From Syntrophomonadaceae bacterium (GTDB taxonomy: Bacteria; Bacillota; Syntrophomonadia; Syntrophomonadales; DTU052): a stretch of 64,000 nt of DNA. Below are positions 19,430 through 26,878 of the stretch, piece after piece. The stretch's first letter is position 1; each line of letters starts with the position of its first letter. The notes below the pieces were generated by a model. It had not been told where the DNA came from. It did no database searches and worked only from the letters and a program-made list of their open reading frames with translations. The stretch spans positions 76,162 to 140,161 of the forward strand of contig JAAYDA010000072.1 of the NCBI GenBank assembly GCA_012729505.1, read 5' to 3'. Made by a program: the position numbers and the translations under genes.

Positions 19430-20143
19430 CTACATATAGGCCCGGCAGGCAGCATATTTGGAAAGGGCTGCCGAAGTGCATTTATTTAGCTGAATTAAAT
19501 CCTGAATGAAATCAGGCAGAAATTCATCATACTTGACCTCCAATACACACCGGCCGTCCAAAACAGGCACACTGGGCAAATCATTATCAAAGATATCCAG
19601 GGAAGTAACCGATGCTCTGATATCCCGATCAATAGTTACCCGCACATTTCCCGGCGGGAAATAGTAAGCCTCTCGTCTATAATCTACTACTGTTTTAGGC
19701 GCCAGCCTTTCCGTCCGGAGCTTGACATAAAAATGTCTAAGTAAGGCCTGCTCCGAGTTAGCCAGGAAAGATGTGTCGCCATGCAAAATCCATTGCACCT
19801 CTTCCTTTTGCAGCCTGGCTTTTTCCTTAAAGCCATGGTTAAAATGTTTGATCTTTTTCTCCAGGCGGATAAAATCAGGGTCGTGATTATAAAAGCGGAT
19901 ACGAAATTTTTCCTTTATCGGGATTCCGTCAATCTTATCATAAAGAGCCCGGTCTTCCGGGGTATCAAAATAAAGACTGCGGATATGATATTGACCATCA
20001 CTTCCCGCACTCTGATCCCGGGGCAGAATACCGGATAATCTCCTGCCTGTTATCAGAGCGTCGCCCTCCGAAATTACATGTTTCAACTCATAACGATACT
20101 TAAGAGCTTTCATATCTTTCTCCATCCGGCCATAAAAAGCCAT
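19430..20143 (-). CDS. VTC-domain (polyphosphate polymerase / CYTH-like tunnel fold) protein
   Basis: 237-aa ORF with RYELKH near the N-terminus, IRSLYFDT, RIRFY and LEVKYD-type beta-strand motifs. These are typical of VTC/CYTH tunnel enzymes. Confidence 0.6.
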   Translation of the reverse strand: MAFYGRMEKDMKALKYRYELKHVISEGDALITGRRLSGILPRDQSAGSDGQYHIRSLYFDTPEDRALYDKIDGIPIKEKFRIRFYNHDPDFIRLEKKIKHFNHGFKEKARLQKEEVQWILHGDTSFLANSEQALLRHFYVKLRTERLAPKTVVDYRREAYYFPPGNVRVTIDRDIRASVTSLDIFDNDLPSVPVLDGRCVLEVKYDEFLPDFIQDLIQLNKCTSAALSKYAACRAYM

Positions 20144-20269
20144 CTTTTGCTGTTATGATTGTATCCGAATATCCAAATTATATCGCCGAAAACGAACGGG
20201 AAATGTGAGGTAAAACTGCGGCAGGAGAATATCTGTACCAACAGTTCTGACAAGAGAACCGTTGCCGCG

Positions 20270-21865
20270 TCAGGAGGGATTTGCATTCATAAACCGTACC
20301 AAAAAACCGGTTCCATTGGGTCCGGTGTCGATGTCTATTTTGGCATTGTGCCGATTGGCAATACTGTAGCATATGGCCAGACCCAAACCCGTTCCACTAT
20401 CTTTAGTGGTAAAAAAGGGAGTGCCTATTTTATCAGCTATAGCCGGGTCTATTCCTTTGCCCTCATCTTGTACCGCTAAAACAACTTCATCTTCTTCAAC
20501 ATATGTTTTTATGGTTAAGATACATTTCGTATCCATTGCTTCAATACCATTTCTGACCAGGTTTAAAATTACTTGCCGTATTTCACCTTGATCCATTAGC
20601 ATGTCGGGAATCTCCCCTAATAATATCTTTAATTCCATGCCTTCCTTGAGGGCGGCGGAACGTAATAAAGGCTCCATGGAAATGATAATATCGTTTAAAT
20701 TTAACAGGGTTTTTTCCACGATTTTGCTTTTAGCCATATTCAAAAACTCTGTAATTATTGAATTTGCCCGGTCAAGCTCTTCGATCATTAAATTAAAAAG
20801 CTCGCCTTCCTGCTTAAACTCCTCACGGGTACCCATAAGCTGCAAGAATCCCCGTACCGTAGTCATAGGATTCCTGATTTCATGACCTATTCCGGCAGCA
20901 ATTTCCCCTACCATATGCAATCTGTCTACCCGTGCCATTTCTTTCTCAATTTCTTTATCGGAGGTAATGTCCTCTGATACTCGCAAATAACTGGTTAACT
21001 GTTCGTTATCAAATATCGGTATTATGGAAACCATTTCCGAGATGACTTCTCCGTCCTTGCGAATCGATTCAAATTCCCCGCTCCATTCATTAGTCTCCGC
21101 AACTTTTTTTAGTATGTCTTCGATTTCCTGCATATAGGCAGGATTGAGAAAATACATGGGTTTACCTTGGGCATCTGCCCTTTGGTATCCGGTGATATCA
21201 CCGAATTTCTTGTTTACATATTCAATAATTCCGTTTTTATCGGTTATCATCACCAGGCTGGGGCTCTGTTCGACCGCACAGGTAAGCCGATAAAGACTTT
21301 TTATATTATTCTTCAAAGCATTTCTGGATAGTCTCTCCATTTCTACAGTATTGCCGATATACCAGCCCGTAACTAAAATGATGCCGATAAAAACCAGATT
21401 ACTTTCTATTATGTTAGCCACCGGCATAGCCGGATAAATTATTTTCTGATGTGATATCTGAATTATTACACAGGCAATAGCTGTTATGAGACCGCCTCGC
21501 AGCCCCAAGGATGAAGCCGCAAAAAGCACCGGAAGAATCAGGGCCAGGGAAAAAAAAGTGGAATCATGGCGTGATAAAAAAATAGCAACAATAGTAACTG
21601 CCATTAAGATCACAATATAAACGATATTGTTAAATAACGAGTACTCATTATCTTTCATGATATAGGTGTTAAAGTAGATCGATACAATTACTACCCCAAC
21701 AAAAACAGCAATTATATATCCCCTCAAGCCGTATGCTGGAAAAATGTCTCCGGTAAAATCATTGCTTAACACTAAACCCAAACCTAGAATGAACATGCTT
21801 ATAAAATGAGCCAGTTCCAGAGTGTCATAGGTCTTTTGTTCATATTTCTTGTCTAATCTGTTCAT
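20270..21865 (-). CDS. Orphan sensor histidine kinase: about 6 TM segments, PAS, HisKA and HATPase, with a sporulation-kinase-like H-box
   Basis: The ORF-track frame 20270-21985 is trimmed to ATG at 21865 (MNRLDKKYEQ...). The upstream 120 nt are occupied by agrD and a terminator hairpin. The H-box is GIGHEIRNPMTTVRGFLQLM, and DEGKGI and GTGLGLAI motifs are present. No response regulator is adjacent. Confidence 0.8.
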   Translation of the reverse strand: MNRLDKKYEQKTYDTLELAHFISMFILGLGLVLSNDFTGDIFPAYGLRGYIIAVFVGVVIVSIYFNTYIMKDNEYSLFNNIVYIVILMAVTIVAIFLSRHDSTFFSLALILPVLFAASSLGLRGGLITAIACVIIQISHQKIIYPAMPVANIIESNLVFIGIILVTGWYIGNTVEMERLSRNALKNNIKSLYRLTCAVEQSPSLVMITDKNGIIEYVNKKFGDITGYQRADAQGKPMYFLNPAYMQEIEDILKKVAETNEWSGEFESIRKDGEVISEMVSIIPIFDNEQLTSYLRVSEDITSDKEIEKEMARVDRLHMVGEIAAGIGHEIRNPMTTVRGFLQLMGTREEFKQEGELFNLMIEELDRANSIITEFLNMAKSKIVEKTLLNLNDIIISMEPLLRSAALKEGMELKILLGEIPDMLMDQGEIRQVILNLVRNGIEAMDTKCILTIKTYVEEDEVVLAVQDEGKGIDPAIADKIGTPFFTTKDSGTGLGLAICYSIANRHNAKIDIDTGPNGTGFLVRFMNANPS

Positions 21866-21880
21866 CTTCGGCCTCTTGAT

Positions 21881-21904
21881 AAAAGGTGGGCGAACCCACC
21901 TTTT
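21881..21904 (-). terminator. Hairpin terminator immediately after agrD
   Basis: AAAAGGTGGG-TTCG-CCCACCTTTT is a perfect 10-bp stem with a tetraloop, flanked by A and T runs. It starts 5 nt after the agrD stop codon. Confidence 0.7.
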
Positions 21905-21908
21905 ATCC

Positions 21909-22040
21909 TTACTTTCTAAGGGTTGGCGGAACTTCTGGCTGATATGCTGATACTGCGCAGGCACTGGCGGAAAACACTTGTGCAAAAAGGGTTAGCAGCA
22001 TAATGGCTAATGCAAGCAGCTTAGGAGTCATTTTTCTCAT
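21909..22040 (-). CDS. agrD: AgrD-like cyclic autoinducing-peptide precursor (43 aa), absent from the ORF track
   Basis: Hand translation gives MRKMTPKLLALAIMLLTLFAQVFSASACAVSAYQPEVPPTLRK. GGAGG lies 8 nt upstream of the ATG. The ORF overlaps the last 20 nt of agrB in another frame. It has a single Cys, and the Cys-to-Pro spacing (10 residues) and the EVP motif match S. aureus AgrD-I (YSTCDFIMDEVEVP). Confidence 0.75.
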   Translation of the reverse strand: MRKMTPKLLALAIMLLTLFAQVFSASACAVSAYQPEVPPTLRK

Positions 22041-22686
22041 CCTGTTCACCTCCTTTATTTAATTTACCTACAAACAACAGGTCAATTTGCTGCAGGGCTT
22101 TAAAGCCCATCTTATGCACCAGGAAGCTTACCCACAGCACACTAAGGCCTGTGACCGCCTGTATTTCGTAATTTAACTGCAGCTGCATTACAACCGCCGC
22201 TAAAAACAGTATCAGAGTTATGATAATGGATAGTATCTTCAGCCTTTTTCTTCTTAAATCGGAAACGATGGGGGCTTTGTGATTTTCCGCCGGGGCCAGG
22301 TAAAGCATGGTCAACAGGCCGATCAATAAAGAAGCATAGGCAAATATAGGAGTAAAGCCACCCAATGACCGGGCAAGCAGCTTGCCGGTTATGGCTATGA
22401 TCGGAAAGATTGAAATGGTAATTACCGAACAGCAGTATACTGATTCACTATGGGCGCCTCCGGCAGTATGCCGGTAAGCGAAGACAATCAAGCAACTGAT
22501 AATAGTGCCGGTCACTACTCCCAGCAGCCAGCCCACCAAAATGGCCAAGGCCACATTCAGAATATTAAGAGCCAGCATATCAAGGGCATAGGCCAGCACC
22601 AGCCGCGTTTCCTCATTGCTATTGGTTTTTTCCGCTAAGTAACCTGCAATACGGCTGCTGATCATGGAATAGCTCAAACACTCCAC
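22021..22686 (-). CDS. agrB: AgrB-family membrane peptidase (AgrD processing and export); start codon uncertain (GTG 22686 or ATG 22665)
   Basis: 221-aa polytopic ORF containing FAYRHTAGGAHSESVYCCSV. This corresponds to the conserved R-H-x-A-x-G-x-H...C catalytic His/Cys region of AgrB. Confidence 0.8.
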   Translation of the reverse strand: MECLSYSMISSRIAGYLAEKTNSNEETRLVLAYALDMLALNILNVALAILVGWLLGVVTGTIISCLIVFAYRHTAGGAHSESVYCCSVITISIFPIIAITGKLLARSLGGFTPIFAYASLLIGLLTMLYLAPAENHKAPIVSDLRRKRLKILSIIITLILFLAAVVMQLQLNYEIQAVTGLSVLWVSFLVHKMGFKALQQIDLLFVGKLNKGGEQDEKNDS

Positions 22687-23135
22687 TCCCCATGTGATTT
22701 CTTTTTGGTTTTAGCTATGATAAAGGCCAGCAAAAACATTACCAAGATCTGTGGTGTAGCCACCATCTTCCAGATAAGCTCATTTTCTTTTATAATGCTG
22801 GGATCCAGGCCGGTTACGGCAAATACAGTTTGTACGCAAATATATTCTACAATTAGGATGGTTACAAAGGTAATCATACTGAAGGTAAAGGCTTGCTTGG
22901 GACTGATGGTTGTGGTCTTTAATAGAATAAAGGTCAGCAACAGGGTGGCCAGCAAAGTATGAAGGCCAAAATGCATTTGCAGCATCCGGATCAGGTATAT
23001 GGCGACAGTCAGTACTAAACCTATTGGAATAACCTTTTTCCAGTGCAAAGGAATGCCGGCCAAGGCCAGGCAGAAAGCTGCACATGCCGTTAATTCCGGT
23101 ATTCCATGTATAAAAAACAATAAAAAATTCTTCAT
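22674..23135 (-). CDS. Hypothetical 5-TM membrane protein, first gene of the agr-like operon
   Basis: The frame 22674-23147 likely starts at the second ATG (23135, MKNFLLFFIHG...), because AAAGGATGGG then serves as the RBS. It has five hydrophobic segments and no family I recognise. Its stop codon overlaps the agrB start region. Confidence 0.5.
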   Translation of the reverse strand: MKNFLLFFIHGIPELTACAAFCLALAGIPLHWKKVIPIGLVLTVAIYLIRMLQMHFGLHTLLATLLLTFILLKTTTISPKQAFTFSMITFVTILIVEYICVQTVFAVTGLDPSIIKENELIWKMVATPQILVMFLLAFIIAKTKKKSHGEWSV

Positions 23136-23326
23136 ATCTTGTCCCATCCTTTATTATATAAAATATGACATTATGCTCAATTATTCCTTTTAAATGTTGA
23201 CAAAATCTTCCGACATATTGTGATGTTTAGTGTCACATTTCACTATCCTAGACTCCCCAAACATCCCCAAAATGTCGAAATACAAGGGTCTCGCCCCCTT
23301 GTTTTTTTCTGTGGTTTCTTTATTGG

Positions 23327-24781
23327 TTAATGGGATTGTTTTCCTGGCAAGGATGGAAATCTGATGATAAAGGAAGCTCCCTGGTGGGTGTCAGCTGCCT
23401 CGATTGTTCCGTGATGCTGTTCCACTACCGATTTTACAATGGACAGGCCGATGCCGTTAATGCCTCCCCGGCCTTTGTAAAATCGATCGAAGATATGGGG
23501 CAGGTCGGTTGGAGATATGCCTTCTCCGTCGTCGATTACTGCCACGACAATCTGGTCGTCATGGCGATGACATACCAGCGTAATCTTGCTGTCAGCATAG
23601 CGAATTCCATTAGATATCAGGTTGGTGAATGCCCGGGTAAGGAATTTTTCATCACAGTAGATTTCCACCGGCCGCTCATCAAAATCAAAACTGATCTGAA
23701 TTTCTTCCTTGTGAGCCTGTCTTACCAGCCGCTCAGCCGCATTGGACAAAAGCTCCCGCAGGTCCTGCTCCTCCCACTGGCCGTCAGGAGATATGTTGTG
23801 AATGCGGGAAATACAGAGAAGCTCTTCCACCATTTCGCTCAATCTGTCGGTTTCGCTGATTATGACCGCACTGGATTTATCATTATTTATAATTCCCCGT
23901 TGAATACCTTCGGCGTTATTTCGTATTGCTTGCAGGGGAGTTCTTAATTCGTGGGATACGTTCTGAAAAAACGTCTTCTGCTCCCGTTCATAGGCTTCGA
24001 GTTGAGCGGCCGCTTTGTTCATGCTGTCTGATAGCTGGGCCAATTCCAAATCCCGATACTCGTTATCACCGGTAGTGAAATCACCTTGCCCAATGCGTAT
24101 TGCAAAGTCGGTCAGCTCTCGAACAGGCCGGGCGATTTTTCCGGATAACAAAACAGTCATAACCATAGCCATTATTCCTCCCAGACCCATGACTACCAGC
24201 AAAACCATATTAATCCGGGACGCGAAGCCGGCCAGGGAGGTCATATCCATGTAATAAACCATATAGATTCTGTTCTCAGTCTTATTTTCTGCTGTCGGAC
24301 TAATAACCAGACGGTACTCTCTGGAGACAGCGCTGATACTAATGATTTCACCGCTATGCAAATCAGCCTTATTCTTCTTCAGCTCCTGGGAGATGGCCAC
24401 AATTTCATCATAATTACGGATAAAAATCATATCCACAGTTGGATAAACCAGCTCGTAATCCTGGTTGATTACTATTGTCTCCGCTTTGCCTACAGGACCT
24501 CGGGGGAGCTTTCCCATATCGGGAACAGATGTGGAAGGGACAGGAAAGAAGATTGACCCCTCTGGAGACACCCAGGGCCGGTTTCTCATGTCGCCCATAA
24601 TCCTGACGGTTTCTTCCAGCTGTGCCCTGACGTTGCTGTTGATATACTCCCCTACCAGCACATTGAATACAGCTATAATCACCAGAAATATGGCGACAAT
24701 AAGTGATAATACCATAACCATAATCCTGGTCCGGATACTGATTTTACCCTTCAGAACCTTACTCATCTGCTTCAACTTCAT
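23327..24781 (-). CDS. Sensor histidine kinase (2 TM, HAMP, HisKA and HATPase)
   Basis: 484-aa ORF with H-box VSHELRTPLQAI and motifs DDGEGI and GIGLSIV. Confidence 0.8.
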   Translation of the reverse strand: MKLKQMSKVLKGKISIRTRIMVMVLSLIVAIFLVIIAVFNVLVGEYINSNVRAQLEETVRIMGDMRNRPWVSPEGSIFFPVPSTSVPDMGKLPRGPVGKAETIVINQDYELVYPTVDMIFIRNYDEIVAISQELKKNKADLHSGEIISISAVSREYRLVISPTAENKTENRIYMVYYMDMTSLAGFASRINMVLLVVMGLGGIMAMVMTVLLSGKIARPVRELTDFAIRIGQGDFTTGDNEYRDLELAQLSDSMNKAAAQLEAYEREQKTFFQNVSHELRTPLQAIRNNAEGIQRGIINNDKSSAVIISETDRLSEMVEELLCISRIHNISPDGQWEEQDLRELLSNAAERLVRQAHKEEIQISFDFDERPVEIYCDEKFLTRAFTNLISNGIRYADSKITLVCHRHDDQIVVAVIDDGEGISPTDLPHIFDRFYKGRGGINGIGLSIVKSVVEQHHGTIEAADTHQGASFIIRFPSLPGKQSH

Positions 24782-25487
24782 GTTCCTTTAAGCGAAAACC
24801 AAAACCCCATACCGTGTCGATTCGCATTTTACTGTTCACCAGCTTTTTACGCAGTCTTCTGACGGTGTCGTCTGCAGCCCTGGTTTCCGCTTCACTGTTG
24901 TATCCCCATAGCTTGTTAAGCAGTTCATCACGGGAAACGGCCCGGTGTTTATTGTCTATAAGGTAGCAGAGCAAATTAAATTCATTAGGAGTCAGCTCCA
25001 GCTTAATATCTCCCATCATAACAGTTTTGTTGTTTACATTTATTATTATATCCGCATACTCCAATACCGCTGCAGATTGGTTTGCGGGACTGTTTTTTTC
25101 AAATTCGATCCGGCGGAAAATAGCCTTGACTCGCATTACAAGAGACATGGCGGAAAATGGTTTGGTAAAATAGTCGTCACTGCCCAGATTTATACCGGTG
25201 GCGTAATCGATATCAGCATCGCGGGCGGTCAGCATAATGACAGGCACGGTACTGATCTTCCGCAATTCGGAACATACCTGAAATCCGCTCATCCCCGGCA
25301 TCATCACATCCAATATCACCAGGTCACAAGGTTCTTGCCCAAACCGGGCCAGCAGCTTTTCTCCATCCTCGAAAGCAGTTACTTGGTAGCCTTCACTTTC
25401 CAGAAAAGCCTTGACCACTTCGCGGATATTTTCTTCATCATCGGCAATATAAATGTGCAGACTAATACTGAACACCTCCATTTTCAC
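24759..25487 (-). CDS. OmpR-family response regulator
   Basis: 242-aa ORF. The receiver domain (IYIADDEENIRE...DVMMPGMSG) is followed by a winged-helix domain (LTPNEFNLLCYL...WGFGFRL). It overlaps the downstream kinase gene. Confidence 0.8.
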   Translation of the reverse strand: MKMEVFSISLHIYIADDEENIREVVKAFLESEGYQVTAFEDGEKLLARFGQEPCDLVILDVMMPGMSGFQVCSELRKISTVPVIMLTARDADIDYATGINLGSDDYFTKPFSAMSLVMRVKAIFRRIEFEKNSPANQSAAVLEYADIIINVNNKTVMMGDIKLELTPNEFNLLCYLIDNKHRAVSRDELLNKLWGYNSEAETRAADDTVRRLRKKLVNSKMRIDTVWGFGFRLKEHEVEADE

Positions 25488-25666
25488 TTTTTATTCTAAC
25501 CCATGTATTTAATTATAATCTCCGCACATCTGCCGGAACTTTTCCGCAATACTCCAGCAGTATTTCGGCCCGGCGGTTAAGGGTGAGAGCAGCCTTTGGC
25601 ACGACAGCAGAACAATGGTTGCGCTTATACTATCGCCCTGTAAAAGCTTATATCCTGGTGTATAGT

Positions 25667-25693
25667 AAAAAATAAGCCGCCTTATCAGGCGGC
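25667..25693 (-). terminator. Rho-independent terminator after the glycerate kinase gene
   Basis: The minus strand reads GCCGCC-TGATAA-GGCGGC followed by TTATTTTTT, 10 nt after the stop codon. Confidence 0.7.
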
Positions 25694-25702
25694 CCTTACA
25701 GC

Positions 25703-26866
25703 TCAGGAAAGCAGGTTGATCAGGCGCATGGCCCGAACCGTAGCATCTTCAAGGAACTCAGAAGCCCTGTCCATGGCTTGAGCAAGGGGGATTGGACCCG
25801 GTACTATAGTCATTACAGAGTCTATACCCGCCTCATATATCTTATCAGCCTCGGACCCGATGGAGCCAACCATAGCAAAAACCGGAACATCATACTTCTT
25901 AGCCAATCGGGCCACCCCTACCGGCACCTTTCCATACAGGCTCTGACCGTTTATTTGTCCTTCCCCGGTTATTATCAGGTCAACTCCTTCCGCCACTCGC
26001 TCCTCGAAAGCCAGCATATCCAGCACCAATTCCAAACCGGAACGGAGCTTACCGCCGGCGAATGCCATGAGTCCGGCACCCATTCCACCTGCGGCACCGG
26101 CCCCCTTCTCCTGGGCAACCTCTATATTCAAATCACGGTAAATTACTGCCGCCAGTTTTTGCAGAGCCTGGTCCAGGACCGGAACCATGGCCTCATCAGC
26201 GCCCTTCTGGGGGCCATAAATATAGGCCGCCCCGGTGGGACCCACCAAAGGATTAGTCACATCACTTGCCACCAGTATCTCTGTCTCGAAAATGCGAGGG
26301 TCCAGGGACGCCATATCTATTGAATCCAATTTCAGCAGACCCTCTGCCCCCCAGGTGATCTTTTGTCCTGCCTGGTCAAAAAGTCCTACCCCCAAGGCCT
26401 GGGCCATACCTGCTCCCCCATCATTGGTGGCACTGCCTCCTATTCCTACGATCAGGCGGCGGCATCCCTGATCAAGAGCGGCCCGAATCAGCTCCCCCGT
26501 GCCGAAGGAAGTAGCCCTCATCGGATTCCGCTGTTGGCGGGGAACCAGGGTCAGTCCTGAGGCTTCGGCCATTTCAATTACCCCTGTTCGGCCATCGCCA
26601 AGAATCCCGAATTTAGCTGCAACCTTATTCCCCAGCGGGCCGGTCACCTGATGTTGAATAAGCCGTCCCTCAGTTCCCCCAATCAAGCAATCCAGCAATC
26701 CCTCGCCGCCATCTGACAAAGGAATCTCTATCACCTTAGCCCCGGGAAATACTTTGTATATCCCCCCGGCAATAGACCTGGCTGCCTGTGCCGCCGTCAA
26801 GCTCTCCTTGAAAGAATCCGGGGCCACAATAACAATCGGAAAATGAATTGAATCCTTTTTTGCCAT
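25703..26866 (-). CDS. glxK: Glycerate kinase
   Basis: 387-aa ORF with IVIAPDSFKESL near the N-terminus, GIGGSATNDGGAGM and ITGEG motifs. Confidence 0.85.
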   Translation of the reverse strand: MAKKDSIHFPIVIVAPDSFKESLTAAQAARSIAGGIYKVFPGAKVIEIPLSDGGEGLLDCLIGGTEGRLIQHQVTGPLGNKVAAKFGILGDGRTGVIEMAEASGLTLVPRQQRNPMRATSFGTGELIRAALDQGCRRLIVGIGGSATNDGGAGMAQALGVGLFDQAGQKITWGAEGLLKLDSIDMASLDPRIFETEILVASDVTNPLVGPTGAAYIYGPQKGADEAMVPVLDQALQKLAAVIYRDLNIEVAQEKGAGAAGGMGAGLMAFAGGKLRSGLELVLDMLAFEERVAEGVDLIITGEGQINGQSLYGKVPVGVARLAKKYDVPVFAMVGSIGSEADKIYEAGIDSVMTIVPGPIPLAQAMDRASEFLEDATVRAMRLINLLS

Positions 26867-26878
26867 TCTTATTACCCC

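Noticed and set aside
21866-21985. A 40-codon N-terminal extension of the orphan kinase ORF (MHKCFPPVPAQYQ...).
   Set aside because: This stretch overlaps agrD in another frame and runs through the perfect hairpin terminator at 21881-21904. The ATG at 21865 (MNRLDKK) is the plausible start.
23148-23200. A TTGAGC-N16-TATAAT promoter immediately upstream of the 5-TM gene.
   Set aside because: The -10 element would lie only a few nt from the RBS, leaving no room for a functional leader. The true promoter is probably further upstream, so I did not report this as a feature.
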